Counted from the first letter of the stretch, positions 37,417 through 48,636 are shown. The stretch is DNA of 64,000 bases from Minisyncoccota bacterium (GCA_965204115.1 OZ241963.1:233293-297292), one strand, 5' to 3'. The notes: generated by a model from the sequence alone, not told the origin. Numbers and translations: made by a program.

Positions 37417-38760
37417 CTACTTAAACAAATTTTCTATAACCCTTGTTTCCTGCCTCGTGGTGCGGACTCCGATGATCACATTCTTCAGTGCGGTGAGTAT
37501 GGCTGCTCGTTTCTCCGGCACAAGGGGTATATTCCTGCCGGCAAAGAGGGCGTTAAGGAACACTTCTTCTGTTGCGGTTATGGTGTTGAAGAATGCCTCT
37601 ATGTTCCTGACTTCCCCGTCTGTGTTCGCCAGCGCGGTTCTTGTTTCGCGGTCAAAGCCGTTGATCGGCGGCGGCATGGCGATTGCGTTAAAAATCTCCA
37701 AAGGAAATTGTTGCAGCACCGCTGCCATATCAAACACAACCTGATGTGCCGATGCAGCGCGCGTGCCTTTCCATGGGATGGCAAGGGTGTATATTTTTGT
37801 CGGTACGACTGTCGTGCTGTCGGCGGCGAGCTGCGGTAATGGTGCGGCCTGCATGACAACGTTTGGGTTCGCCCGCTGCAGGTCCCGGTACTCACTGACA
37901 AACCCCGGGTAAAAGAGCAGTTTGTTTCCGATAAACATACTTCGCGCCGGCAATAGGGATTCACTCCATGTCTGCACCGGTGATCGGAGTGAGGCGAAGT
38001 TGGTGTAGAACGAGATGAGGTCTGTCGTCGGTGGTGCCGCGCCGCCGAATTCTCGCGCTTGCAGCATCAGTGCTGCGAACAGATACGGTGCATTGGCATA
38101 ATTACCGTATGCCCCGAACGGGATAATCGCTTTGTCGCTTTCTCGGTATGCCTTTGCGATGTCTTGATACTCTCTTTCAGTGAAATCTTTCCACACCGTC
38201 GGCAGTTGGCGCAGGTCATGCTGCCGGCGCAGACCTTCATTGTAGTAGAGCACTAAACTGTCTGCCAATATCGGCAGTGCGATATACCCGCCCGACCGCA
38301 AAAAGATATCCGCTGTTTGTATAAACATATACTGATAATCTGCGACGGTCGTAACCGGGTAGTGTCCGAACGGAATGATTCTCAGTGCGGCCGCGTTCTC
38401 AAACGCGGGTATTTCAGCTGACTCCAGCAGCAGCAAGTCAGGTACCCGCTCGTCATAGGCAACTGCCCGGGCAAACTCACCTTCTATGGTGTCGGCATTT
38501 TTTTCTTCATAGCGGATGGTATCATACCCTTTGTCCACCCCGCCCCGCAAGTTTCTAAAGATAAGGTTTGCTTTGTCGGCGTCCAGTGTTCCCCACACAA
38601 CTATCTCAATTTTTTCCCGCCCTTGTGACGAACCGGACCCTGTGGATGGTGATTGTTTATTCTTTGCCAGCAAGCCGTACAGCGCTAAGCTGCCGAAACC
38701 GACAAGGATAAGAAAGCCGAATACAGCGTAGATAATAATTTGAAAATTTTGCTTGTTCAT
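37417..38760 (-). CDS. membrane-anchored extracellular solute-binding-protein-like protein
   Basis: N-terminal TM anchor, then IEIVVWGTLDADKANLIF..., typical of family-1 periplasmic solute-binding proteins. Immediately downstream of gyrA. Confidence 0.4.
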   Translation of the reverse strand: MNKQNFQIIIYAVFGFLILVGFGSLALYGLLAKNKQSPSTGSGSSQGREKIEIVVWGTLDADKANLIFRNLRGGVDKGYDTIRYEEKNADTIEGEFARAVAYDERVPDLLLLESAEIPAFENAAALRIIPFGHYPVTTVADYQYMFIQTADIFLRSGGYIALPILADSLVLYYNEGLRRQHDLRQLPTVWKDFTEREYQDIAKAYRESDKAIIPFGAYGNYANAPYLFAALMLQAREFGGAAPPTTDLISFYTNFASLRSPVQTWSESLLPARSMFIGNKLLFYPGFVSEYRDLQRANPNVVMQAAPLPQLAADSTTVVPTKIYTLAIPWKGTRAASAHQVVFDMAAVLQQFPLEIFNAIAMPPPINGFDRETRTALANTDGEVRNIEAFFNTITATEEVFLNALFAGRNIPLVPEKRAAILTALKNVIIGVRTTRQETRVIENLFK

Positions 38761-38773
38761 ACGCTCCTGACAA

Positions 38774-41221
38774 TCACTGCACCATAGTGCTTGCTGTCAG
38801 TATATCATCCCCTTTTAGTTTCATAACCCGCACTCCCTGCGTCTGTCGCCCGCGATCAGGTATTTCATCCGTTGCCATCCGTACTATCTGCCCTTTTTTT
38901 GACATGGTTATGAGCTCATCATTTGATTCTTCCAAGAGTATGTGGATACCGACAACTTTGCCGGTCTTTGTGGTTACCTCGGCAGCTTTAATGCCGCTTC
39001 CGCCCCGTTTCTGTATTTTAAATGATCCCACTTTCGTCTGCTTGCCGTACCCTTTTTCGCTGATGGTCAGCAGGCGTCCGGTCGCTTTTGCGTTTTCCTG
39101 TATCACTAATGCGCCGATGACATGGTCGTCTTTTCCGAGTCGTATTCCGCGTACCCCTTTTGCGGATCGTCCGGATGCCCGCACCTCTTTTGCGGTAAAT
39201 CGAATCGCCTTGCCGTCCCGACTTACCAGAATAATCGTGTCCTCATTCGCACAGAACATCGTATTTACCAATTGATCTCCTCTATCAAGGGATACGGCGA
39301 TGATGCCGGTTTTGCGGATATTTTCAAACTGATCTATCGCGACTTTTTTTATCGTGCCGTTTTGTGTGACAAAGAAGAGGTATGAATTTTTCTTCGTGCC
39401 TTGTGCCACCGGCACAATAGAAGTTACCCGCTCGTCTGCGTCTACCGCTATGAAGTTAACGAGCGCGCGTCCGGTGCTTGTCCGTTTTGCCTCCGGTATC
39501 TCGTATGCTTTCAGCTGGTATACTTTCCCCTTATCGGTGAAAAAGTAGAGCATGTCGTGTGAGCTGGCAGCGGTGGAAATGGTAGTGAAATCCTCTTCTT
39601 TGAGCTCCGCCCCTTTGGTGCCGACACCGCCCCGCCGCTGTCGCTTATACTCATCGTTTGTTGTGCGCTTGATGTACCCGCCGCCGGTGATCATGATGAC
39701 GCATTGTTTTTCGGGAATGAGATCTTCATTGGAAACCGCGTTGTGTGCCTGACTCACAATTTTTGTGCGACGGTCATCCCCGAACAACTCTCGCGCTTCC
39801 TGTATTCCCTTTTTCACCTCCTCGTCAATCTTTTTCTTGCTCTGCAGGATGCCCTCCAGTCGCTTAATGGTTTTCTGCAGTGCTTCCAGTTCATCTTCTA
39901 CTTTTTTCCGTTCCAGCCCTGCTAATTTTTGTAATCGCATCTCCAAAATAGCGTTTGCCTGCACTTCAGAAAACTTGAATGCCTGCATCAGTGCTTTTCG
40001 CGCATCGCTTACTTCCCGCGATTTTCGGATAAGTGCGATAATTTTATCTATGTGGTCTAACGCTTTCTTCAGCCCTTCCACAATATGTGCGCGCTCTTTT
40101 GCCCGAGCAAGATCAAACTTAATTGCCCGTTCAATAATTACCCGCCGGTGATCTATGTAGGCCTGCAGGAGTTGATGCAGAGTCAGGGTCTGCGGCACGC
40201 CGTCAAGCAGTCCGACAATGTTGTAGTGATAGGTTTCCTCAAGCTGCGTATGTTTGTACAGCGCGTTCTGAAGCCGGTGTGGCTGTGCGTTTGACTTTAA
40301 TTCGATAACAATCCGTATATCATCTGTTGATTCATCGCGCAGGTCTTTAATGCCTTCTATTTTTTTGTTGCGCACCAGTTCGCCGATCTTCTCAATTAGC
40401 CGCGCTTTGTTCACCCGATATGGAATGGAGCTGATGACTAACCGCACACTTCTCTTATCTTCTACAATTTCAACTTCACCCCGCACCAGCACACCACCGC
40501 GTCCGGTCGCGTACGCTTGCGCTATCGCGTTGGTATCGTAGGCAATCGCGCCCATCGGAAAGTCGGGTCCCTTGATGTGCTGCAAGAGGTCTCCTGTGGC
40601 GGCATCAGGATTTTCAATGAGATGCGTGAGCGCGTCACACACCTCCCGCAGGTTGTGCGGCGGAATGTCGGTTGCCATACCGACGGCGATACCGAGTGTT
40701 CCATTCACCAATAGGTTCGGCACTCGGGCCGGCAGTACGGTCGGCTCTTCAATGGTGTTTTCATAGTTTGGAGCAAAGCTCACGGTTTTCTTTTCAATAT
40801 CTTCCAGCATTTTTTCCGCGTATGCGGACATTTTTGCCTCGGTGTACCGTTCTGCGGCGGGCGGATCGCCATCTATGGAACCAAAGTTCCCCTGCCCGGT
40901 AACCAGCGGATATCGCGTGACAAATTCCTGGGTCATTTTTGCCATTGCTTCGTACACCGCCAGGTTGCCGTGCGGATGGTACTTACCAAGTGTCTCACCG
41001 ACCACCGTCGCAGATTTACGGGTCTTCGCAGAATTTCGCAATCCCATACCGAACATCGCGTAGAGGATGCGCCGCTGTACCGGCTTGAGGCCGTCCCGTA
41101 CATCAGGCAGCGCCCGTGCTGTGATGACAGACATCGCATAGTCCAGATACGCACTGCGCATCTCTTCGGTAATATCCTTACTAAAAATCTTTGACGGCTG
41201 CTTTGCGGTGTCCTCTGCCAT
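38774..41221 (-). CDS. gyrA: DNA gyrase subunit A
   Basis: [16 protein letters not shown] (active-site region), [10 protein letters not shown], and C-terminal GyrA-box-type beta-pinwheel repeats. Confidence 0.9.
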   Translation of the reverse strand: MAEDTAKQPSKIFSKDITEEMRSAYLDYAMSVITARALPDVRDGLKPVQRRILYAMFGMGLRNSAKTRKSATVVGETLGKYHPHGNLAVYEAMAKMTQEFVTRYPLVTGQGNFGSIDGDPPAAERYTEAKMSAYAEKMLEDIEKKTVSFAPNYENTIEEPTVLPARVPNLLVNGTLGIAVGMATDIPPHNLREVCDALTHLIENPDAATGDLLQHIKGPDFPMGAIAYDTNAIAQAYATGRGGVLVRGEVEIVEDKRSVRLVISSIPYRVNKARLIEKIGELVRNKKIEGIKDLRDESTDDIRIVIELKSNAQPHRLQNALYKHTQLEETYHYNIVGLLDGVPQTLTLHQLLQAYIDHRRVIIERAIKFDLARAKERAHIVEGLKKALDHIDKIIALIRKSREVSDARKALMQAFKFSEVQANAILEMRLQKLAGLERKKVEDELEALQKTIKRLEGILQSKKKIDEEVKKGIQEARELFGDDRRTKIVSQAHNAVSNEDLIPEKQCVIMITGGGYIKRTTNDEYKRQRRGGVGTKGAELKEEDFTTISTAASSHDMLYFFTDKGKVYQLKAYEIPEAKRTSTGRALVNFIAVDADERVTSIVPVAQGTKKNSYLFFVTQNGTIKKVAIDQFENIRKTGIIAVSLDRGDQLVNTMFCANEDTIILVSRDGKAIRFTAKEVRASGRSAKGVRGIRLGKDDHVIGALVIQENAKATGRLLTISEKGYGKQTKVGSFKIQKRGGSGIKAAEVTTKTGKVVGIHILLEESNDELITMSKKGQIVRMATDEIPDRGRQTQGVRVMKLKGDDILTASTMVQ

Positions 41222-41242
41222 ATACCTTGTTAGTATAGCATG

Positions 41243-41428
41243 TTATCCGTTCGGCACGATGTCCTGCTGTGTCTCTTGTGCCTCTTTTTCAAACAGCAGC
41301 GCGGGTTGATACAGGAAGAGGGCGATCGGTATCCATATCACGCATACGACAATGCAGGTAATAAGGGTGCGCCGCTTCTTTTTTTCGTTTCGTTCTTTTT
41401 GCTGTTGGAGAAACTCTTCGGGGTGCAT
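41243..41428 (-). CDS. small single-TM protein (61 aa) upstream of gyrA
   Basis: Basic N-terminus followed by the helix LITCIVVCVIWIPIALFLY; may be spurious. Confidence 0.25.
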   Translation of the reverse strand: MHPEEFLQQQKERNEKKKRRTLITCIVVCVIWIPIALFLYQPALLFEKEAQETQQDIVPNG

Positions 41429-41449
41429 AGCACCCTCTATTGTATCTCA

Positions 41450-42055
41450 TTATATGAAGAGAATAACGCTCGCCTTCCCTTCCAGCAGTGTCTTTTTCTT
41501 GAGTACATACTTACCGGCTATTTCTTCGGTGGCACCGAACTCTTTCGCCAGCTTTTTTTTCAGCGTGTCATTGTCGCCAATCGGGACGATGCGCTGCGCC
41601 TGTGCCTCGGCAGCGATGCCGGCAATACCGGTCGCGTCTAATCGTTTGTCTTTTGTTGTGCCGCAAAATACAATCAGCACATCAATATCGTTGACCTCGG
41701 AGACCACCTGCATTGCCTCTTTCCGTTCGGCGATATCACCCAATATCAATACCCGCATACCTTCTGCGTCAATGCACCACGAGGTTGTTTGCACGCGCAT
41801 TCCCTGCACAGTCGTTTCGGTACCGAACCCTCGGATGTAGATACTATCTTTCTCGTACTCACCGGCAGTGCGGAAATGCGCCTGCTCCTCGCCCTCTGTT
41901 GCGAATGCGCTCATCCAGCCACCAACCGGTACCGGGTAGGTGGAGAGGATGATGGTGGGCATTGACCCCTTATTGTTATCAGGAGGATTCACCGTAACAG
42001 TGCCTTCAGAAAATTTTAAAGCAACGCCGGTGGGGGCTGTCTGATGGATTTCCAT
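41450..42055 (-). CDS. hypothetical protein (201 aa)
   Basis: Intact ORF with genome-typical composition. A metallo-beta-lactamase fold was considered and dropped because no HxHxDH motif is present. Confidence 0.4.
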   Translation of the reverse strand: MEIHQTAPTGVALKFSEGTVTVNPPDNNKGSMPTIILSTYPVPVGGWMSAFATEGEEQAHFRTAGEYEKDSIYIRGFGTETTVQGMRVQTTSWCIDAEGMRVLILGDIAERKEAMQVVSEVNDIDVLIVFCGTTKDKRLDATGIAGIAAEAQAQRIVPIGDNDTLKKKLAKEFGATEEIAGKYVLKKKTLLEGKASVILFI

Positions 42056-42284
42056 ATCGTCAATAGTATAGTATCAGCATAGCACAGTTATTACAGAGCA
42101 TTACACACCTTACTACTCACACTATAGCAAATTTTTGCATATACGCAACCTTGACAGAGCAGCGAACATCTTACAGTTCTCTCGTACCGATGGTGTATGG
42201 GTTTCGTGATGGAAAAAATATGCGGTATACTATTTTCGACGGTTGTCGTCAAAATTATTATACTGATAAATCATAGAAACTATT

Positions 42285-43427
42285 ATGTCAACAGCAACTA
42301 CAACAAGCACAGAAAAAACAGTGGCGAAAACACCCGAGACCCACGGTGTCGGTGATGTTGTAGATGGGGTGGTTGTTGCTGTTGACCGATCAGTGGTGTA
42401 TGTGGACCTCTCCCCTATCGGTACCGGCATTATCTACGGCAGAGAGTTTTCTGTTGCGAAAGACATTCTGCGCAAGACCCATGTCGGTGATGCCATCTCG
42501 GCACAGATTATCGCACTGGAAACACCTGACGGCTATATTGACCTCTCGCTGAAAGAGGCGCGTAAGGCGTTCATCTGGAGTGAAGCAGAGGAGTCGCTGC
42601 AGAGTAAACGGGTTTACGAGGTGACGGTGAAAAATGCAAATCGTGGCGGTCTGGTGATAGAGTGGAATGGTGTCCGTGGCTTTCTGCCGGCTTCACAGCT
42701 CACGGAGGAAAAATATCCGAAGGTGTTGAGCCGTGATAAAGATAGCATTCTGAACGAGCTCAAAAAATTTGTGGATACTAAGTTGATGGTGACGATAGAG
42801 AGCGTTGATCAGGAAAATGATACCATTATTTTTTCAGAGCACAAAGATGGCGTGGCACAGAGCAAACCTGTTGGTGAATCAAAGCCGGCGAATGAGTACC
42901 GAGTTGGTGATGTTAAAAACGGTATTGTGACCGGTGTGGTTGACTTCGGTGTTTTTGTGACCATTGACAATGCAATTGAGGGGTTGGTACACATTTCTGA
43001 AATGGACTGGGGACTGGTTGATGATCCGAGAAAGTTCTGCACAGTCGGTAATCAGGTACAGGTAAAGATTATTGACATTGAGGACGATAAGTATTCGTTT
43101 TCATTCAAAGAGCTGCATAAGAATCCGTGGGAAGAGATTCACGAACGACATAAGACCGGTGATACCGTTTCCGGTGTGGTTATCAAGTACGGTGCGTTTG
43201 GTGCGTTTGCTTCGATCAAAGCCGGTGTATCGGGCTTGGTGCACATTTCAAACTTTGCCGACGAAGCTGATTTGCGCAACGCATTAGAAATCGGCAAGAC
43301 ATATGAATTTGTTATTACCAATCTTGAGCCGCGCGAACAAAAACTCACGCTTGTCCCTGAAGACCGTCATAATGCAGAAGCGGTGCCGAACAATCAATCA
43401 GCAGAAGTGTCTGACGCAGGAGCATAG
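42285..43427 (+). CDS. rpsA: 30S ribosomal protein S1 (four S1 domains)
   Basis: Repeated S1 OB-fold signatures (GDVVDGVVVAV..., GVVDFGVFVTIDNAIEGLVHISEM, GVVIKYGAFGAFASIKAGVSGLVHISNF). Confidence 0.8.
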   Translation: MSTATTTSTEKTVAKTPETHGVGDVVDGVVVAVDRSVVYVDLSPIGTGIIYGREFSVAKDILRKTHVGDAISAQIIALETPDGYIDLSLKEARKAFIWSEAEESLQSKRVYEVTVKNANRGGLVIEWNGVRGFLPASQLTEEKYPKVLSRDKDSILNELKKFVDTKLMVTIESVDQENDTIIFSEHKDGVAQSKPVGESKPANEYRVGDVKNGIVTGVVDFGVFVTIDNAIEGLVHISEMDWGLVDDPRKFCTVGNQVQVKIIDIEDDKYSFSFKELHKNPWEEIHERHKTGDTVSGVVIKYGAFGAFASIKAGVSGLVHISNFADEADLRNALEIGKTYEFVITNLEPREQKLTLVPEDRHNAEAVPNNQSAEVSDAGA

Positions 43428-43975
43428 TCCGCCGCCGCTTTCTGTGTGTGCCGTGTTACTTGTGACGGCAACTGTTTGAGGATGATGTCCGGCAATAGTT
43501 TGTGGACGGTGCCGGTGATTGTCTGCATGTCAACAGTCGGCACCCTTTCTAGTACATACTCCTTGAGGTCACCGCTGTTCTTTCCGACCCCTATTCGCAA
43601 ACGAAAAAATGCGTTTGTCTCCAGCGTTTCGGCAACTGAGGCGACGCCATTATGTCCGCCCGGACTTTTGTTATATGATAGACGAATTTCACCGACCGGC
43701 AGCGCGATGTCATCGTGCACTACCACTAATCGCGTCGGGTCAATTTCCAGCAGTGCCTCCCGCATATCCTGCCCTGTTTCATTCATAAACCCATCAGACA
43801 CCATGCAGGCAACATGCTGCGGACCAAGCAGAAGTGAGGTGACCCGACCGCCGGCAACCTGGTGCCATGCACACTTGTCTTCGCACGCCAACCCCTCAAC
43901 CAGATCTTTTCCGACATTATGCCGCGTTCCCCGATATTTCGGTGGATTACCTAAGCCGAGAAACAAGAAGTCCAT
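43394..43975 (-). CDS. pth: peptidyl-tRNA hydrolase
   Basis: FLGLGNPPKYRGTRHNVG matches the Pth N-terminal motif (LGNPG.KY..TRHN.G). The 3' end overlaps rpsA convergently by 34 nt. Confidence 0.8.
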   Translation of the reverse strand: MDFLFLGLGNPPKYRGTRHNVGKDLVEGLACEDKCAWHQVAGGRVTSLLLGPQHVACMVSDGFMNETGQDMREALLEIDPTRLVVVHDDIALPVGEIRLSYNKSPGGHNGVASVAETLETNAFFRLRIGVGKNSGDLKEYVLERVPTVDMQTITGTVHKLLPDIILKQLPSQVTRHTQKAAADYAPASDTSAD

Positions 43976-44171
43976 ACACTGAATAGTATAGTATTCTTTT
44001 TACCCCTAACCTGCTGCTATGGCATCTGTATTGCCGATAGCACAATAACAATACCATCACCATGCTGATTTGTCATAAGTGAAGGCACTGTTTTTGCTCT
44101 ATGATGTTCCACAACTTGACAGAAGCGGCCATGTAGGGTGATTGTTGTGATATACTGGTATTTGTTTACTG

Positions 44172-44822
44172 GTGTATATGAACAAAGTAATACAAAACAA
44201 TGACACGGTAAAAAAAGTAAAACAGGAAAAGATGGATACAGCTCAGATGGTTGTTATGGCTGTTGGTATCTTGTCTGCGCTGTTTGTGTGGTTTTTTGGT
44301 TTCCGCCCTTTTTTGGTGAACGGTATATCAATGTACCCCTCTTTTAACGCTTCTTTTGCTGATACCACTAAGTCGTCGCTTATAGCGGGTGATTATCTTA
44401 TTATTGACGCATTTTCCTACCGTTTTTTGGAAGATCCGCAGCGGTTTGATGTCATAGTTGCAGAAAGCCCGATAGAGTCGGGAAAGCACCTTTTGAAGCG
44501 AATAATAGGGCTCCCGAACGAGCAAATCCACTTTTCTGATACGGCGATTGAAGTCACCGCTGCCGACAAAACCTCTTTTACCCTGGATGAGCCGTACCTC
44601 AATCGGGAACAATCGCCGTTGTATAAAAACCAGACCATACAACTCAATGAAGGTCAATACCTCATTCTCGGTGATAATCGAATGAACAGTTTGGACTCCC
44701 GAGCATGGGGGGCGCTGACAAAAGAGCGCATCATTGGTCGTGTTGTGCTGCGTCTGTATCCGTTTGATGAGGTGACGGTTCTGCCGGGAAGTGTTGACCA
44801 GAGTCCTTCTAATGTGTTATAA
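44172..44822 (+). CDS. lepB: signal peptidase I
   Basis: Catalytic Ser region GISMYPSF, Lys region KRIIGLP, and GDNRMNSLDSRAWG (box E). Confidence 0.75.
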   Translation: MYMNKVIQNNDTVKKVKQEKMDTAQMVVMAVGILSALFVWFFGFRPFLVNGISMYPSFNASFADTTKSSLIAGDYLIIDAFSYRFLEDPQRFDVIVAESPIESGKHLLKRIIGLPNEQIHFSDTAIEVTAADKTSFTLDEPYLNREQSPLYKNQTIQLNEGQYLILGDNRMNSLDSRAWGALTKERIIGRVVLRLYPFDEVTVLPGSVDQSPSNVL

Positions 44823-44833
44823 TATATTGTATT

Positions 44834-46012
44834 ATGCGATCCTTTACTATCACACCTGAGAAATTTTTTGATAAGGCGCACAAGATCGCCGGTCTCTACG
44901 GTTTTGGACCGATCAATGAGGTGTTTAAGGATTACAAACAGATGAAACGCACAAAAATTACGGCGTATAAAAAGCCGGAGGATAAGCACTTGCAGCATCT
45001 TTCTGTCATACTGCGATTCTATTTTGAACGATCGCTCCATACCTACGAGTATGAGCCGATGTTCCTCTTCCACAGCAACATAGATAAAGAAACTAAATCA
45101 GCAATCACTACTTCAAAGAAACCATCAGACACCTATTTCACCCTGACAGTCGTCGGTGTGCGTGATCCGTATGCTGAAGCCCTGCTGCTTGCCTGCGCTA
45201 ATCACATATTCCGCGCGCTGAAGTCGGACACCCCGCTTATTCGTATCAATTCAATGGGTACTGCTGACGATTCGCGGCTCTACTTTACCAAGCTGGCAAA
45301 GACCTTGCGCAAAGTGCGGAGAAACATAGACCCCGAGTGTCAAAAACTCCTCCGGGAAGATAAGCTCTGCGAAGCACATCCATTACTGCATGATGCCGGG
45401 CATGCCGGTGTGTCGGAGTACATCACCCCGACCCTGCGGCTTCTTTCAGAGAAAGCGCGCCAACACTTTGAGCATGTCATAGAGTATCTGGAGGCACACC
45501 AGTTGCCATATGAGCTTGCGCCCGATGTGATTGAGTTGACCCGATACGGTGTCCACACTGCTTTTGAAATTAACGATGAGAACTCACTCCTCTATGCCCG
45601 TGGCGCACGCTACGACTCACTGCCCCACCATATTTATCGCCGCAGAATACCGACCACCTCTATCACTATTACTCTCCCGGCAAAAGCAGCCGGCAACCAT
45701 GAATCAAAATCTCGCCCGAAGCGGCCACGGGCGTTCTTTTTTCACACTGGGGAGACGGCGCGCCTTCGATCACTCAGGGTTATCTCTCAGCTATATGATG
45801 CAAACATCCCTGTCGCTCACCGCTTGCACTATGTCCGTGTTGCCGATCAGCTCAACGATGAGGCACGATCCTACCCCTACACCATCGTTTTTGGGCAGGA
45901 AGAGGCCGAAAATAATAGGGTTTGTATCCGAAAAACTGACACAAAAGCTTCCAGAATGGTAGATTTAACCGAGGAATCCCTTGAATCTGCCCGAGATTTC
46001 CTTAAAAAATAA
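44834..46012 (+). CDS. histidyl-tRNA synthetase-like protein (class II core + anticodon-binding domain), divergent; catalytic motif 2 not recognisable
   Basis: GARYDSL matches HisRS motif 3 (GGRYD). The C-terminal YTIVFGQEEAENNRVCIRKTD resembles the class II anticodon-binding domain. The N-terminal half aligns loosely to HisRS but lacks the RPE/FRHE motif-2 arginines. Confidence 0.45.
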   Translation: MRSFTITPEKFFDKAHKIAGLYGFGPINEVFKDYKQMKRTKITAYKKPEDKHLQHLSVILRFYFERSLHTYEYEPMFLFHSNIDKETKSAITTSKKPSDTYFTLTVVGVRDPYAEALLLACANHIFRALKSDTPLIRINSMGTADDSRLYFTKLAKTLRKVRRNIDPECQKLLREDKLCEAHPLLHDAGHAGVSEYITPTLRLLSEKARQHFEHVIEYLEAHQLPYELAPDVIELTRYGVHTAFEINDENSLLYARGARYDSLPHHIYRRRIPTTSITITLPAKAAGNHESKSRPKRPRAFFFHTGETARLRSLRVISQLYDANIPVAHRLHYVRVADQLNDEARSYPYTIVFGQEEAENNRVCIRKTDTKASRMVDLTEESLESARDFLKK

Positions 46013-46186
46013 GGGTTTTTTAGTAACAATAAAGGTTGCAGAATGCTTGTTTTTATGGTATAGTAGTAATATGTATAATTTGTAATAGGTGTTTTTCTTT
46101 AACACCTCGAACATTACAAATTATCAAAAAACTTGAAGAAAAAGTTTGAATTTCAACTTCCAAAACCCTTAAAGGAGGGTCTTACA

Positions 46187-47719
46187 ATGGAAATTAGAAA
46201 AGTTTTAGCAACCCTATGGCTCATTTCGATAGCGGTGGTGGCTTTATTTGTTTTTGACTACGAGCCTGTCACCCCCTTTTATGGACCCGTAACCACGCAA
46301 ACGCAACCTACCACTACCACCGAAACACCTGCGGCAGTGCCGCAAATGATTGTGGTTAACCAAAAGGCGATCGACGCGGCGAAGAGCTCTGCCCTTTACA
46401 CGCAGACACTTACTGCACTGATATTGCTGTTGGGCAGCGCGGTTTTGATGTTCGCTCGCAAGTATGAGCGTCCATTTATTCCGCGGCTTGCTGCCGGAGT
46501 GATCGGCATTGCGGCTTTGGGTTTTTCTGCCGGGCTGCTCGCAATGAGTTTGGTGCCCTCACAGGAGTTCCCCGCCTACATCGCTTTGCCTGCTATTTGT
46601 GCGGCGGCACTGGGGCCGGTGCTTGCTCTTCTTGCTCCGGGTCGGCAAACCATCGAGATGGTTGGCGAGGCCGCTGGGCAGATCAACGGCCTCGTAGCCG
46701 CCCAGAAAGAGGACAAGCAGAGGATTAAAGAGCTCGAAAAGGACTTGGGCGAGGAGCAATCTGCCCATGAAAAAACCTTTGAAGAGCTTGAAGCCGTGAC
46801 TGATGAAAGAGAATCTGCGGTTTCTGAGGTCTCTTCTCTGAAAGAGGATCTTGAGCTGGTGCAGGTTCGAGCCGCAAAGGCCGAGTTTACCTCGCTTGCC
46901 GGATCGGCACAGGTCGTCCTCGCGCAGAAGCAGTGTGAATATGATGAAGCCACTGATGTGCTTAGCCGTTTTGATGAAAACACTCCGGCGATTGCCGCTG
47001 GAAAACGAGCGAGCGTTAGTGAGCTCGCACTGCTTGCAAACAGGCTTTCCGATGTCGCAAGAGAGTCTGCGCAGAAGGTCGTCGTTTTGCAGTATGTTGC
47101 TCCAGGCAGCGATGAGCTTTCTTCTGCTGAAGCAACGGCGGCATCAGATAAGAAGGCAGCAGAGCGGGCAGTGGGTGTTGCCTACCTTGCTGACCTTGAT
47201 GCCCAGGCGGCAGAACGCCGAGCAAAACGCTTTGCTGAAGCACAGCGTCTCGCGCAGGACGCGACGGCAGCCCTTGAAGAGGCAAGGGTTGACGCAGTGG
47301 CCGAGGCCCGTCGATGTGAGATTGTTGCCAACGCTGAGATTAAGTTCTCTGAGGCAACGCGTTTGAGTGAGACCGCTGAAGCCCAAATCCGTGAAGCCAA
47401 GCGGATTATCTCACTGGTTAAAGTGGGCGAGACAGACGGGGCGGAATTGTACAGTCCGACATTGTCCATGCCACAGACGGACACGATTCATGTCGTCATG
47501 AAGGCCAGCGGAGGGTCGGACAGTGCACTTCATCGCACGATCGAGCCCGGAGAAGAGACTGCGGATGCGGTTGAAATACCGAAAAGGCTTAACATCACGT
47601 TGGAAGTCGTTGATGTGTCAATGGTCAACATGACCGACACCTATCGTCAGCGGCATGGGTTACCAGCCATCTTACCGCCTTATGGAGTGGGCGACGAATC
47701 AATTGTGACGATTAACTAA
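46187..47719 (+). CDS. polytopic membrane protein with a long C-terminal coiled-coil domain, hypothetical
   Basis: Four hydrophobic helices (residues ~20-160 of the track ORF), then an Ala/Glu-rich heptad-like sequence. AAAGGAGGG RBS before the ATG at 46187; the track ORF starts upstream at 46133. Confidence 0.4.
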   Translation: MEIRKVLATLWLISIAVVALFVFDYEPVTPFYGPVTTQTQPTTTTETPAAVPQMIVVNQKAIDAAKSSALYTQTLTALILLLGSAVLMFARKYERPFIPRLAAGVIGIAALGFSAGLLAMSLVPSQEFPAYIALPAICAAALGPVLALLAPGRQTIEMVGEAAGQINGLVAAQKEDKQRIKELEKDLGEEQSAHEKTFEELEAVTDERESAVSEVSSLKEDLELVQVRAAKAEFTSLAGSAQVVLAQKQCEYDEATDVLSRFDENTPAIAAGKRASVSELALLANRLSDVARESAQKVVVLQYVAPGSDELSSAEATAASDKKAAERAVGVAYLADLDAQAAERRAKRFAEAQRLAQDATAALEEARVDAVAEARRCEIVANAEIKFSEATRLSETAEAQIREAKRIISLVKVGETDGAELYSPTLSMPQTDTIHVVMKASGGSDSALHRTIEPGEETADAVEIPKRLNITLEVVDVSMVNMTDTYRQRHGLPAILPPYGVGDESIVTIN

Positions 47720-47736
47720 ACTCTATTGAACTTTCT

Positions 47737-47768
47737 GAAGGAGGGACCTTGTCCCTCCTTCTTTTGTG
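47737..47768 (+). terminator. rho-independent terminator
   Basis: GAAGGAGGGAC-CTT-GTCCCTCCTTC hairpin followed by TTTTGTG. Confidence 0.5.
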
Positions 47769-47911
47769 TCTTATGAAAATTGACAATACAGGAAATTATG
47801 ATATTTCCTTATTTTGTTGCGAAATATAGTGTTTTATGGTATGATGTATGGTAAATGTACATTTCTCCGCTTGGAGAATTATTATGAATTCAGAGAAGAG
47901 AGGTATACACC

Positions 47912-48538
47912 ATGAACAAAGAACAGAGAGAAGCAGCGATTGATGTGATGGTTCCTGCCGTTCGGAATATGGTCAAAGATGTCGTCGATGGTATAGACAT
48001 TGGCGACGAGGAACTTGATCAGATGATTCGAGAAACCCTCCTTAATCTGGGCGAAAACGCTTCGGCCAGCGATGTGGCGGATGCGATGAAAAAACGCTTT
48101 GAGGAAGCTTTTCCGGGCGCCAAGATAAAGGATCCTGAGTCTGGGAACTCTCAACCGTCTGTTGTGTCTGTGCAGGAGGAGTCCGAGCAAGAATCTCCTG
48201 AAAGGCCTCAACTGCCCACTATTTCCTTAAAACGGGTTGGGGAGAATAAAAAGAAGGGAACAGTGCGTGTTGCCCTGGTACTGGAGGGGGACCCTTTGGA
48301 GTACGATGTTTTTGGCCGGGTGCAGGCAAGCGGGGGATCGGACTCACGCCCCGCACGCCGGATCAATGCCGGCTCTAACGAGTCCCATCCGATTTCTGTT
48401 CCGAAGGGACACGACATTCACCTTGAATTACTCGCCTACAATCAATGTAATTTTTCCCCGGATACTCGGAAGCAAGTTAGATCTCCGAAAAAGATTCCGA
48501 TTTACCGAATTGGGAAAAAACACCTGCACATTGAATAA
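47912..48538 (+). CDS. hypothetical protein (208 aa)
   Basis: Intact ORF; acidic N-terminal half; no motif recognised. Confidence 0.4.
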   Translation: MNKEQREAAIDVMVPAVRNMVKDVVDGIDIGDEELDQMIRETLLNLGENASASDVADAMKKRFEEAFPGAKIKDPESGNSQPSVVSVQEESEQESPERPQLPTISLKRVGENKKKGTVRVALVLEGDPLEYDVFGRVQASGGSDSRPARRINAGSNESHPISVPKGHDIHLELLAYNQCNFSPDTRKQVRSPKKIPIYRIGKKHLHIE

Positions 48539-48567
48539 TATATCGGGGGCATAACTACTTAATACTA

Positions 48568-48600
48568 GGGAGGAACGCAGGTGTCCTCCCTTTTTCTTTT
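48568..48600 (+). terminator. rho-independent terminator
   Basis: GGGAGGA-ACGCAGGTG-TCCTCCC hairpin followed by TTTTTCTTTT. Confidence 0.5.
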
Positions 48601-48636
48601 GCATACACACATTTTTCCTGCTATACTATATACACT

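Noticed and set aside
41450-42055. Metallo-beta-lactamase-fold hydrolase assignment for the 201-aa protein
   Set aside because: No HxHxDH or other His-rich metal-binding motif is present, so the fold guess is unsupported; left as hypothetical.
43394-43427. 34-nt convergent overlap of the rpsA and pth 3' ends as a possible regulatory antisense interaction
   Set aside because: Short 3' overlaps of convergent genes are common in compact genomes; nothing further supports regulation.
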